Positions 26,452-35,401 of a stretch of DNA of 64,000 nt are shown here, piece after piece. The notes under the pieces were generated by a model. That model saw nothing but the letters and a program-made list of their open reading frames with translations, was not told the DNA's origin and searched no databases. The stretch is taken from contig JAFSFD010000024.1 of NCBI GenBank assembly GCA_017435365.1, positions 61,282 through 125,281 on the forward strand, given 5' to 3'. Origin of the DNA: Akkermansia sp. (GTDB lineage: Bacteria > Verrucomicrobiota > Verrucomicrobiia > Verrucomicrobiales > Akkermansiaceae). The stretch's first letter is position 1. Each line of letters starts with the position of its first letter. A program made the position numbers and the translations under genes.

Positions 26452-27321
26452 ATGGATTCGTTTCTGCAAAAGTTCTCTCTCCAGAACCTACTACGCCAAT
26501 TTTTCTGCGGTGTGGTGTTCTTTGTTCCTTTGTGGCTGTTTACGCAAGACCCGGGACGCAAATGTTGCACCTACTCGGTTTTAGACATTACCCAGTGGGG
26601 AACGGGGACTTTTTTGCTTTTTGTAGCTCTCGCCTCCGTTATTGGTACTATTGTGTATCATGTTGAGAAAAATTTATATAGTTATTTGGTACAAACTCTG
26701 TTTGAATCATGTGCAAAATATAAAAATTGGCAGATGAGAGTTGTACCACTTCTCGTTGCAGGTGCTATTACGGTGATGATTTCTCCGCTCTTTCAAGTTT
26801 CTGAGGATAAAGGAGATGTTTTCAATTGTTACATGGTTGCGCTTTCATTTTTTGTTGTGATATGTATTTTTAATGTGCTATTTACTGAGTCTTTTTTTAA
26901 GGTGATGATTCGCACAAGAGCAAGCTGGATCATTGAAGAACAATTCTGTGATAAGATCTCTGAAGATAGGCTTGCCAGATGGGCGGTTGCAAAGCGCATA
27001 TCTTCCTGGTCTGATTTTATTCATTGCTCGCAATCCTGTTGTTTTGCATGGCTTCTTGGATGTTTATTGTGCAAGTTCGCAAACAATATCGAAGTTCAGA
27101 ATACTGAGTTCTTCGGATTGTCTATAGTTGTAGTTGCTTCCATTCTTTTTCTTGAAATAATTTTTGATTGGCATCGCTATCAACACGTTTTAGCCATGAC
27201 AGAAAGCGATTTGCTGGGTGATATTCAGAAGGAATATCCTCAAATGAAAATAAATAGCAATGTTGTTTCAAAACACTACGAGATAATTGTTAAAACTGTT
27301 GTGAAATCAAAGGAATTATAA
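26452..27321 (+). CDS. hypothetical polytopic membrane protein (AT-rich, island-borne)
   Basis: 289-aa ORF with about 6 hydrophobic helices and many Cys. Very AT-rich: a hand count of 26641-26700 gives 16 G+C of 60, against 40 of 60 for 22861-22920. No family motif recognised. Confidence 0.6.
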   Translation: MDSFLQKFSLQNLLRQFFCGVVFFVPLWLFTQDPGRKCCTYSVLDITQWGTGTFLLFVALASVIGTIVYHVEKNLYSYLVQTLFESCAKYKNWQMRVVPLLVAGAITVMISPLFQVSEDKGDVFNCYMVALSFFVVICIFNVLFTESFFKVMIRTRASWIIEEQFCDKISEDRLARWAVAKRISSWSDFIHCSQSCCFAWLLGCLLCKFANNIEVQNTEFFGLSIVVVASILFLEIIFDWHRYQHVLAMTESDLLGDIQKEYPQMKINSNVVSKHYEIIVKTVVKSKEL

Positions 27322-27366
27322 TTTTGTTTTGTAGATTAAGAACATCCATAATAACTGACGTTTTTT

Positions 27367-30300
27367 ATGAAACTTCATCTCCCTGTTATACTTCGCAAGG
27401 CTCTGTTGGCCTGTTTTGCCTTTACCTTCGCTTGTACCAAGACTGTCTTTGCTGCTGACCTTACGTTGGGTAGCACAGATTCTCTGACCATTGATTATGC
27501 CGGAGCTGATTCCATTCCCGACCTGGATGGCGGCGCACTTACGCTGAAAGGTGATACCCTCCTCCTTTTGTCCAACTGTAGCAGCGGCGATGGCAAGACC
27601 TACACCCTGCTGACCGGGGTGGGGGACTTGCAGGATGCCGAGGGGAACCCTCTGTCACTGACGGATGAAAACAATGCGGCTTTGCTGTATTTCGATACCA
27701 CCCAACCCGGCACCGGCTTCTGGGGCGGTGGTTGGTTGCAGCTCACTTCGGAGGGGCACGTGCAGCTCGTGCTACATGGAGGAGAGGTGCAGGAGGCATT
27801 GACCATTTCCACCCGTCAGACCGGTTCGAAGACGTACAACTACTACGAGGGTATCTGTTTCCGGGATATTACCTATACGCTTTCCGGCACATCCAGTGCC
27901 TTTGGCGGCACGATTTACGGGGAGAGTTACAGTACCGTTACTCTGAGCAACAACGGCAGCGTGGTGTTCAGCGGGAACTCGGCTTCCTTCTTCTCCACCT
28001 CCTCCACCTCTGCCTTTGGCGGCGCGATTTACGGGGACAGTTACAGTACCGTTACACTGAGCAACAACGGCAGCGTGACGTTCACCGGGAACGAGGCCTC
28101 CTCCTCCTCCTACAGAGGGGCCTACGGCGGCGCGATTTATGGGGGAAGCAACAGCACCATCACACTGAGCAACAACGGTAGCGTGGTGTTTGCGGGGAAC
28201 ACGGCTTCCTCCTGCGGCCAGATTAGTGGGGATACCGTCACCCTGAGCAACAACGGCATCGAGGTGCTTGAGCTGCTCTACGACATTGCCCGCGGCGGCG
28301 CGATTTATGGCGACTATGACAGCACCATCGCGCTGAGCAACAACGGCAGCGTGGTGTTTGAGGGGAACACGGCTTCCTCCTTCGACTATGCCTCCGGCGG
28401 CGCGATTGATGGCAGCACAATCGACTTGAACAACAATGCGAGCGTATCGTTTATTGAGAATACTGCTGGCGTCGGCGGCGCGATTTGTGGCGGCACGATA
28501 GAGCTGAGCGGAAATGGAAGCGTGGAGTTCAGCGGGAACTCGGCTTCCCTCGACTCAGGCATTGCCCGCGGCGGCGCGATTTATGGCGACTATGGCAGCA
28601 CCATCGCGCTGAGCAACAACGGCAGCGTGGTGTTTGAGGGGAACACGGCTTCCTCCCTCGGCTATACCTACGGCGGCGCGATTCATGGGGATACCATCAC
28701 GCTGAGCAACAACGGCAGCGTGACCTTCAGTGGGAACAATGCGTCCAGCGATTACGCCCGCGGCGGCGCAATTTATGCGGAGGGGGCGTTGCATATTCGC
28801 AATAATGATTCGGTGGAATTTGCCGGGAATGTAGAAAAGAGTGATTCTGCCTACCGCTTACGCAGTGTATATGCCTCCGTTGGTGGTAGTGAACTCAGCA
28901 TATCGGCGGCAGCGGGCAAGTCGGTTGCCTTCTATGACTCAATCTATGTGGGCGAAAACGCTACTGTGAATTTGAATGCGGACTACGAGGATGCAGAGGG
29001 CAACATCATCGAGCAGAAGGGTGATATTGTCTTTACCGGTGCTACCACGGTGGCGGATTTGTACAAGGCCAAGGGGAATGTAGACGGCACGGAGGAGGAA
29101 ATCCGCCTTTCCCGCACATCCGAGGTGCTGAGCATGGCGAATTTGTACAATGGTCGTCTCATTATCAAGGAGGGAGCCATCTGGTCTGGCTCTGGAATAA
29201 CAGTTGGTCCTGTGGCGGGAGCCACTGGTAAGCCGACGCTCTTGCTGCAGAATGGTATATTGACGCATGTTGCTTCCTCTGCGACGAACCACAATGTTGT
29301 TACCATCAAATCCGGTGGAGCTTTTGAAGTTGCTGGTAAGAGTCAGGCAGACTATACGAGCCTGAATATGGAAAGCGGCAGTATACTTACGTTCAATATT
29401 GCTCCGGAGAATGCTTCAACAGCAGCTCTGACTCTGGATAGCAATAGTTCACTGACGCAGGAAGGGGCGCTTACGCTGAAACTGAAAGGTGATTACAGGC
29501 TGGTCAAGGGACTATCTTACAAACTACTTACAGGTTTGGATCAACCTGACACATGGGACGAAACCAGCGTAACCGTGGAATCCGGTTCGCTTGGCTGGGA
29601 TGTCGATTATACCGACCTGACCTGGGAAGGAGATACCCTGTGGATATACTACAATGGTAACATTCTGCCGCCGGTGGAATTCCGCCCGAATCTGGACCGC
29701 AACCAGCAGGAGGTGTATGATACCATCAAGGATGTTATGGGCGAGGGAAATCCTGGTGGGGTGCTGGGCGCCCTGGGTAGGGAGATTCTTGACTCGCGGG
29801 ATGAGACCGCGCTGAAACGCGCGCTGGATGAACTGAGCGGCCGCGAGTATGCCACCATCATGAGCAGCCAGATGGAGGGTAGCCTGGGGCACCTGCGCCG
29901 CTTGCGTGCGGCGGCAGGGGCTGGTACTCCGCTGGGTGAGTATGTGACATTTGGTTGCTGCTACCCGTCAAACAAGGGTGTGGATAAGAGCGATAACAAG
30001 GGCTCGAGTGTGATGATTGCACCAAGCCCGGTGATTGATTCCCGTCGTATCCGCGCAGGTGTGTCGGCTTTCCACGAGCAGGCTGAGCTGGATGCTGATG
30101 CCAATGGCGACGGCTTTGATCGCTCTGAAACCGGTGCGCAGCTGACGATGGAGTATCTGGTGAGCAATGATTTTGTGCTGGGTATGGGGCTTTCCCACAG
30201 CCGTACGAAGCTGAGCCCGACCTATGGTAAGCGCCGCCATGAGGACAATACACACTTTGACCTCTTCGGCGTGTACCGCAGCGGACGCTGGAGCAGCACC

Positions 30301-30870
30301 ACCGCACTGGGTGTGGGCTTGCACCAGCATGAGCTGGGCCGCACGGTGGCTGGTATGCAGACTGAGGCGGAGGCTGATGGCCTTTCTGTGAACTTTCTGC
30401 AGGATGTGGCCTATACAGTATGGGCTGATGAGCAGCATGGTGTGCAGGTGTTCGGTTCTGTGGAGAGCTCGTTCAACATGATTGATGAGTTCTCTGAAAG
30501 TGGTGCGGGTAATGCCTCTCTGCTGGTGGATGAGCAGGAAGCCTGGGCTACGGATGTAACGCTGGGTATGCGTTATAACCGCGCTCTGCCTGCGCTGGGT
30601 AAGGCTCTGCCAGGCACGCTGACGGTGCAGGCCGGTGTGGTAGCCAGTCTGGGTGACCGGGAACACGATGTCAGTATGCGCTTTGCCGGGGCCGAAGCCC
30701 ATGGTTATAAGCAGCATGCAGCCGAGCGCAACCGCTGGGGCTACAACGTAGGCATATCGGTGAATCTGCCGGTGACTGCCGAAACGGCGCTGTATGGCTC
30801 TGCCGAAGCGGTGATTCGCAATGCCTCCACCAGCGTGGATGCCCAGTTGGGTGTGAAGATGGCATTCTGA
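27367..30870 (+). CDS. Pmp-like (polymorphic outer membrane protein repeat) autotransporter
   Basis: Signal peptide, nine GGA[IL]x motifs (GGAIYG...) alternating with nine FxxN motifs (FSGN/FTGN/FAGN/FEGN), and a C-terminal ~280-aa beta-barrel-like domain ending in ...GVKMAF (terminal Phe). Confidence 0.85.
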   Translation: MKLHLPVILRKALLACFAFTFACTKTVFAADLTLGSTDSLTIDYAGADSIPDLDGGALTLKGDTLLLLSNCSSGDGKTYTLLTGVGDLQDAEGNPLSLTDENNAALLYFDTTQPGTGFWGGGWLQLTSEGHVQLVLHGGEVQEALTISTRQTGSKTYNYYEGICFRDITYTLSGTSSAFGGTIYGESYSTVTLSNNGSVVFSGNSASFFSTSSTSAFGGAIYGDSYSTVTLSNNGSVTFTGNEASSSSYRGAYGGAIYGGSNSTITLSNNGSVVFAGNTASSCGQISGDTVTLSNNGIEVLELLYDIARGGAIYGDYDSTIALSNNGSVVFEGNTASSFDYASGGAIDGSTIDLNNNASVSFIENTAGVGGAICGGTIELSGNGSVEFSGNSASLDSGIARGGAIYGDYGSTIALSNNGSVVFEGNTASSLGYTYGGAIHGDTITLSNNGSVTFSGNNASSDYARGGAIYAEGALHIRNNDSVEFAGNVEKSDSAYRLRSVYASVGGSELSISAAAGKSVAFYDSIYVGENATVNLNADYEDAEGNIIEQKGDIVFTGATTVADLYKAKGNVDGTEEEIRLSRTSEVLSMANLYNGRLIIKEGAIWSGSGITVGPVAGATGKPTLLLQNGILTHVASSATNHNVVTIKSGGAFEVAGKSQADYTSLNMESGSILTFNIAPENASTAALTLDSNSSLTQEGALTLKLKGDYRLVKGLSYKLLTGLDQPDTWDETSVTVESGSLGWDVDYTDLTWEGDTLWIYYNGNILPPVEFRPNLDRNQQEVYDTIKDVMGEGNPGGVLGALGREILDSRDETALKRALDELSGREYATIMSSQMEGSLGHLRRLRAAAGAGTPLGEYVTFGCCYPSNKGVDKSDNKGSSVMIAPSPVIDSRRIRAGVSAFHEQAELDADANGDGFDRSETGAQLTMEYLVSNDFVLGMGLSHSRTKLSPTYGKRRHEDNTHFDLFGVYRSGRWSSTTALGVGLHQHELGRTVAGMQTEAEADGLSVNFLQDVAYTVWADEQHGVQVFGSVESSFNMIDEFSESGAGNASLLVDEQEAWATDVTLGMRYNRALPALGKALPGTLTVQAGVVASLGDREHDVSMRFAGAEAHGYKQHAAERNRWGYNVGISVNLPVTAETALYGSAEAVIRNASTSVDAQLGVKMAF
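27880..28800 (+). repeat. intragenic tandem repeats (~120-140 nt units) of the Pmp passenger domain
   Basis: Units ...TLSNNGSVVF(S/E/A)GN(S/T)AS...GGAIYG... recur. 28285-28380 and 28561-28656 are 96 nt long with a single mismatch. Confidence 0.85.
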
Positions 30871-30952
30871 TTCCTCAAGACCAGGATATCTTCAACAACC
30901 AGCTGCCGCGCTGCGGTGGCTGGTTGTTTTGGTAAAATCTGCAAATTGTAAA

Positions 30953-30981
30953 TTGCCAAATTGCCCGGATGGGTGTAGTAT
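30953..30981 (+). promoter_or_regulatory. promoter of glgB (TTGCCA-17-TAGTAT, 6 nt before ATG)
   Basis: TTGCCAaattgcccggatgggtgTAGTATaggtgcATG. Confidence 0.5.
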
Positions 30982-30987
30982 AGGTGC

Positions 30988-33009
30988 ATGAGACGCTCCC
31001 CAATACCTGGATTAGTGCTGGCAGATGGCTGGCTGGCTCCCTTTGAACGCGAAATCAAGGGGCGTATGAGGCTGTATGATGCTCAGTTGGAGCGCATCTG
31101 CCGCCGCCATGGCTCGCTGATGGATTTTGCCCATGCCTACACCCGCATGGGATTCAACCGCGATGCCGCCACCGGCGAGTGGGCCTACCGCGAGTGGGCT
31201 CCGGGGGCGCGGGCTATGTACCTGATAGGCGATTTTAATTTCTGGAACCGCGAGGCTGCGCCCATGACCCGCGATGCAAATGGCGTGTGGGAGTTGCGTC
31301 TGCCGGCAGATGCACTGAAGCACGGGCAGCACGTGAAGGTTCACGTGGTGGGCGCTGATAATGAGCACCACGACCGCATGCCCGCCTGGATTCGCTACAC
31401 GGAGCAGGATGCCGCCACCTTTGATTACAGCGGCATCATCTGGGAACCCACCGAGCCGTACAAATGGAAGAATACCCGCTGGAATCCGGCCAATATCAAG
31501 ACGCCTTTCATCTATGAGACTCATGTGGGCATGGCGGGCGAGGAGGGGCGCATCCACAGTTACCGCGAGTTTGCGGATGAGGTGCTGCCCCGCGTGGCAA
31601 AGCTGGGGTACAACGTGGTGCAGATTATGGCCATTCAGGAGCACCCGTACTACGGCTCTTTCGGCTACCATGTTTCCTCCTTCTTTGCGCCCTGCAACCG
31701 CTTCGGCACGCCGGAGGATTTGAAGTACCTCATCGATACGGCGCATGGTCTTGGAATTGCCGTGCTGCTGGATGTGGTGCACTCCCATGCGGTCAAGAAT
31801 ATGGCCGAAGGACTGAACAATTTTGACGGTTCCGGTGGTCAGTATTTCTGCGCCGGCGAGCGCGACAGCATGCACCCGGACTGGGACAGCTGCCTTTTCG
31901 ACTACGGCAAGGAGGAAGTGCTGCAATTCCTGCTCAGCAACCTGCGCTGGTGGCTGGAGGAATTCCGCTTCGATGGTTTCCGCTTCGATGGGGTGACCAG
32001 CATGCTCTATCTGCACCACGGTCACGAACCTTTCACCGACCTGGGCTGCTATTTCAATACGCAGGTGAACCTGAGTGCGGTGACCTACCTGCAGCTGGCG
32101 GCCACGCTCGTGCAGCAGGTGCGTCCCGGTGCCTTCGCCATTGCGGAGGACATGAGCGGCATGCCGGGCCTCTGCCGCCCGGTGGACGAGGGCGGTTTCG
32201 GCTTCACCCACCGTCTGGCCATGGGTCTGCCGGATTACTGGATCAAGCTGCTCAAGGAGAAGAAAGATGAGGAATGGAGTGTGGGCGATATCTGGTATAC
32301 CCTCATCAACCGCCGCTATGGCGAAGCCAATATCGCCTATGCCGAAAGCCATGACCAGGCCCTGGTGGGTGATAAAACGATTGCCTTCCGCCTGATGGAC
32401 GCCGAGATGTACACCCATATGAGCTGCGATACGCCCAGTCTCATCATCGACCGCGGCATGGCGCTGCACAAGATGATTCGCCTGGCCACCATGGCCGCCG
32501 GTGGCGAGGGCTGGCTCAACTTCATGGGCAATGAATTCGGCCACCCGGAGTGGATTGACTTCCCCCGCGAGGGCAATGGCAATTCCTACCAGTACTGCCG
32601 CCGCCAGTGGAGCCTGGTGGATAATAAGCTGCTGCGCTACCGTTTTCTGAATGAGTTTGACCGCGCCATGGTGGAGCTCGCCAAACGCTGCGATTTGCTT
32701 GCCGCCCGCCCGGCCCGCCCGCTGAATATGGACGAGGAGAACCAGGTGATGGCTTTCGAGCGCAGCGGCCTCCTCTTCGTGTTCAACTGGAGCGGTACCC
32801 GTGCCATACCGGATTACAAGCTGCCAGCCCCCACGGGTGGGGAATGGAAAGTGGTGCTGGATTCGGATGAGGCCCGCTTCGGCGGCTTTGCCCGCCAGGA
32901 CCACAGCGTGCATCATTTTACGGACAAGGCCCAGCAGCTCTCCCTCTACCTGCTGCCTCGCACCGTCATGGTGCTGGCCCCCGCTTTCCGCGGCGGCAGA
33001 CCGTTCTGA
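30988..33009 (+). CDS. glgB: 1,4-alpha-glucan branching enzyme (GH13, eukaryote-like subtype)
   Basis: GH13 regions: VLLDVVHSH, FRFDGVTSMLY, IAEDMSG, YAESHDQ and GNEFGHPEWIDFPR. 673 aa. Confidence 0.9.
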   Translation: MRRSPIPGLVLADGWLAPFEREIKGRMRLYDAQLERICRRHGSLMDFAHAYTRMGFNRDAATGEWAYREWAPGARAMYLIGDFNFWNREAAPMTRDANGVWELRLPADALKHGQHVKVHVVGADNEHHDRMPAWIRYTEQDAATFDYSGIIWEPTEPYKWKNTRWNPANIKTPFIYETHVGMAGEEGRIHSYREFADEVLPRVAKLGYNVVQIMAIQEHPYYGSFGYHVSSFFAPCNRFGTPEDLKYLIDTAHGLGIAVLLDVVHSHAVKNMAEGLNNFDGSGGQYFCAGERDSMHPDWDSCLFDYGKEEVLQFLLSNLRWWLEEFRFDGFRFDGVTSMLYLHHGHEPFTDLGCYFNTQVNLSAVTYLQLAATLVQQVRPGAFAIAEDMSGMPGLCRPVDEGGFGFTHRLAMGLPDYWIKLLKEKKDEEWSVGDIWYTLINRRYGEANIAYAESHDQALVGDKTIAFRLMDAEMYTHMSCDTPSLIIDRGMALHKMIRLATMAAGGEGWLNFMGNEFGHPEWIDFPREGNGNSYQYCRRQWSLVDNKLLRYRFLNEFDRAMVELAKRCDLLAARPARPLNMDEENQVMAFERSGLLFVFNWSGTRAIPDYKLPAPTGGEWKVVLDSDEARFGGFARQDHSVHHFTDKAQQLSLYLLPRTVMVLAPAFRGGRPF

Positions 33010-33021
33010 AATGAGAAAAGT

Positions 33022-33153
33022 ATGCTAGACTGGATTTTTGATGTGTTGGGTGAATTGCTTGCAGCTGCTCTCGGTAAGCTTGGCATCCGGGGATGGGTGG
33101 TTCTGGTTCTGGTTGTCGTGCTTATCGTTTGTGTGTGCATTTACCTGCATTGA
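33022..33153 (+). CDS. possible small hydrophobic peptide (43 aa)
   Basis: Own translation: MLDWIFDVLGELLAAALGKLGIRGWVVLVLVVVLIVCVCIYLH*. One TM helix. Below the track length cut-off. No strong RBS. Confidence 0.2.
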   Translation: MLDWIFDVLGELLAAALGKLGIRGWVVLVLVVVLIVCVCIYLH

Positions 33154-33156
33154 CGT

Positions 33157-33312
33157 ATGGTGCCGCCTCTCATCATCTGTGTGTTCATGGGTACGCTCGC
33201 TCTTGCCTGTGTGGGGTCGGTGGTGTGGCAGGTGTCCCTGCTGCTGGCGGGGGTTGCGTGGGCGGAAGCGCAGACTCAAACCGAGTTACCGGAACTGACT
33301 GGTCAGAAATAA
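33157..33312 (+). CDS. possible small hydrophobic peptide (51 aa)
   Basis: Own translation: MVPPLIICVFMGTLALACVGSVVWQVSLLLAGVAWAEAQTQTELPELTGQK*. It starts 3 nt after the previous small ORF's stop. Confidence 0.2.
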   Translation: MVPPLIICVFMGTLALACVGSVVWQVSLLLAGVAWAEAQTQTELPELTGQK

Positions 33313-33320
33313 ATAACTCG

Positions 33321-33374
33321 GAAAATTGGAGTTTGCGGGGGGCTCCGACAACGACAAACATTAATTTATCGAGC
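33321..33374. repeat. truncated copy of the ~125-bp palindromic repeat family (central hairpin deleted)
   Basis: gaaaattggagtttgcgggggg|ctccgacaacgacaaacattaatttatcgagc matches both ends of the 38285..38408 copy. Confidence 0.6.
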
Positions 33375-33422
33375 AGCGGCCCTATTAATGTAATTCCCAT
33401 AAAAACCAAGGAATAAAATAAG

Positions 33423-33451
33423 TTGACATGTCGGAGCGTCTTTGTTAACAT
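33423..33451 (+). promoter_or_regulatory. promoter of thioredoxin-like gene (TTGACA-17-TAACAT, 6 nt before ATG)
   Basis: TTGACAtgtcggagcgtctttgtTAACATgagcacATG. Confidence 0.5.
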
Positions 33452-33457
33452 GAGCAC

Positions 33458-34087
33458 ATGAAGTTACGTTCCCTTTTCTATACGTTCTGGCTGCTGCTTT
33501 CCGGTTTTTGCCTGATGGGCCTTCCTGTTCATGCTGATGACGATGCAGCGGAAGAGCAGGTGGAGTCCGATGAGGATAAGCCGCGCAAGAAAGGCAAGAA
33601 GAAGGGAAAAAAGAAGAGCAAGGCGTCCAAGTCCGAAGCGGCTGAGAAAGGTGATGCCAAGCCGGCAGTGCTGGCAGCGCTCGAGAATTTCAAGGTACAC
33701 AATGCCAAGGTGAACCCCAGGGCTGAGATTTACATTTACCTGTATTCTGCCAGCTGGTGTGGTTTCTGCCGTGAGTGTATGCCCGTGGCGGTGGAACAGT
33801 ATAAGAAGATGAAATCCAGCCGCAAGGCAGAGATTATCCTCGTCGGTGGTGATAAGACGGAAAATGAAGCCATTCAGTACCTCAAATCATATAAGCTGAA
33901 GGCACCCGGCATCATGTTCGATGCCTTGAAGGCCACCAACTTCCAGGGGCTTCCTTCCTGTGGCATGCCCGGTTTTCCCGCCGTTACCGTGGTGACCAAG
34001 GACGGCAAGATGCTGGCGAATGTGATTGGCGCATCTCAGGTGAAAGAGGTGCTCGCCAACTGGAAACAGTACGCCGGTGTCAAGTGA
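33458..34087 (+). CDS. exported thioredoxin-fold protein (TlpA-like) with Lys-rich linker
   Basis: Signal peptide, acidic then KKGKKKGKKKSK segment, and a WCGFC redox motif within IYIYLYSASWCGFCRECMP. Paralogue of 57355..57861. Confidence 0.75.
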   Translation: MKLRSLFYTFWLLLSGFCLMGLPVHADDDAAEEQVESDEDKPRKKGKKKGKKKSKASKSEAAEKGDAKPAVLAALENFKVHNAKVNPRAEIYIYLYSASWCGFCRECMPVAVEQYKKMKSSRKAEIILVGGDKTENEAIQYLKSYKLKAPGIMFDALKATNFQGLPSCGMPGFPAVTVVTKDGKMLANVIGASQVKEVLANWKQYAGVK

Positions 34088-34166
34088 TTGAGCCGCTTTC
34101 GATTTCAGCATAGCTGCAATCACAGGGAGTTCTGGCACGCCTGCGCATTACAGTCCGCAGCATGAG

Positions 34167-34195
34167 TTGATTTTGAGCTCCCTGTAAGCCATATT
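34167..34195 (+). promoter_or_regulatory. promoter of 34202 gene (TTGATT-17-CATATT, 6 nt before ATG)
   Basis: TTGATTttgagctccctgtaagcCATATTgattccATG. Confidence 0.45.
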
Positions 34196-34201
34196 GATTC
34201 C

Positions 34202-35086
34202 ATGGAGGCGAAAGCGGGAAAGAAGAAGCGCAGCCGGGCAGTGCGTTGCTTGTACTGGGCCTTTGTTTCGGTGGTCGGGGTGCTGGGTGCGCTGCTGCTG
34301 GCGGCGGTGGTGTTCTGGAATTGGGTAAATGCGTGGCAGAAAGTAGAGCCACCGGCTTTCCACCCGAGCTGGACGGAGAGCCAGCAGGCGGATTTACGGG
34401 AGCTCGACCAATTCTACACTTCCAATCCGATGTGCGCCGCGATACTCTACATGCTGCAATCCGGCCGGCAGGAAGAGGTGGAGAAATGGAAGATAAATCG
34501 TCTGACGGCCCCCTTTGCGGCGATGATAAACCGCAGAAACGTATTCAAGCCGCTGCGTGAAGCTCTGCATGAAACAATGGCTACCGGCAAGGGGGATATC
34601 TGCACGCCGGATGGCATGCCCGTGGCGGCCTATGCACTCCGCCTCCACAAACTCGATTTACTCCGCGAGATGGTGAAGCGCGGGTGCCATCCCGGCAGAA
34701 CCTACGTTCCCTGGTATGCTCCGTCTTTCCATGACGAGCCGATGAAGTCCAACCTGCTGGTGGATGCCCTTGTTTCCCACGACTTGCTGTTGGAACATTA
34801 CTTGCCGGCGGAAGAACATATTGCCCTGCTGGAGTTTCTCTGCGAGCATGGTGCCCAGGTGCCGCAGGTACCGGATGCGCAATTGGCCCGCATCAATGGC
34901 TCTCTCTGCCTGATAGCGAAACAGAGCGACAAGGGCGCCGTCCTGGCCTGGCTGCTGCGCAAGGGCTTACCGATGTCTGATGCCGATAAGCAGGATACTG
35001 TCGGTTTCCTCTTGCACCAGGACCGCGGTCGCGATATTTGCGAAGCCCTGCAGGCAGAAGGTCTGCTGCCCCCGGCAGGGAAATAG
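34202..35086 (+). CDS. hypothetical membrane-anchored protein (degenerate ankyrin-like repeats)
   Basis: 294 aa with an N-terminal TM anchor (YWAFVSVVGVLGALLLAAVVFW). Weak ANK-like segments (MPVAAYALRLHKLDLLREMVKRGCHP; LLEFLCEHGAQVP). Confidence 0.55.
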   Translation: MEAKAGKKKRSRAVRCLYWAFVSVVGVLGALLLAAVVFWNWVNAWQKVEPPAFHPSWTESQQADLRELDQFYTSNPMCAAILYMLQSGRQEEVEKWKINRLTAPFAAMINRRNVFKPLREALHETMATGKGDICTPDGMPVAAYALRLHKLDLLREMVKRGCHPGRTYVPWYAPSFHDEPMKSNLLVDALVSHDLLLEHYLPAEEHIALLEFLCEHGAQVPQVPDAQLARINGSLCLIAKQSDKGAVLAWLLRKGLPMSDADKQDTVGFLLHQDRGRDICEALQAEGLLPPAGK

Positions 35087-35102
35087 AGGTTGAAAAGGAG
35101 TC

Positions 35103-35226
35103 CTCGATAAATTGATGTTTGTCGTTGTCGGGGCACGGGACTTCAGTCCCGAAATAACGGTGCTTCCAATCGGGACTGAAGTCCCGTGCTCCGACAGAGT
35201 TCCCCCACAAATTCCAATTTATCGGG
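35103..35226. repeat. ~125-bp palindromic (ERIC/MITE-like) intergenic repeat, copy A
   Basis: Terminal inverted repeats cgataaattgatgtttgtcg / ccacaaattccaatttatcg. The central hairpin is gcacgggacttcagtcccg-N19-cgggactgaagtcccgtgc. The copy produces the spurious ORF MMFVVVGARDFSPEITVLPIGTEVPCSDRVPPQIPIYRA, which appears at both loci. Confidence 0.8.
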
Positions 35227-35401
35227 CAGAGGGGGGCTTCTTCCAAAATGTTGCCGATATTACAAAATCATTGGGATATGTGGAAAAAAGCAGGGAAAAG
35301 CCCTTTAGACTTGTATTTCAGGGCAGATTATGGCAGTATAGGTCAACGGCGCGCGTGGGTGCCGGTAAAGAGAGACGAAATCGCAACCCCTCAGAGGAGC
35401 C

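Noticed and set aside
30931-30975. aaattg short direct repeats (caaattgtaaattgccaaattgcc) upstream of glgB as a repeat-family member
   Set aside because: They resemble the aaattggaattt motif of the MITE-like family only loosely. They lack inverted-repeat structure and coincide with the predicted glgB -35 region. I regard them as promoter-proximal low-complexity sequence.
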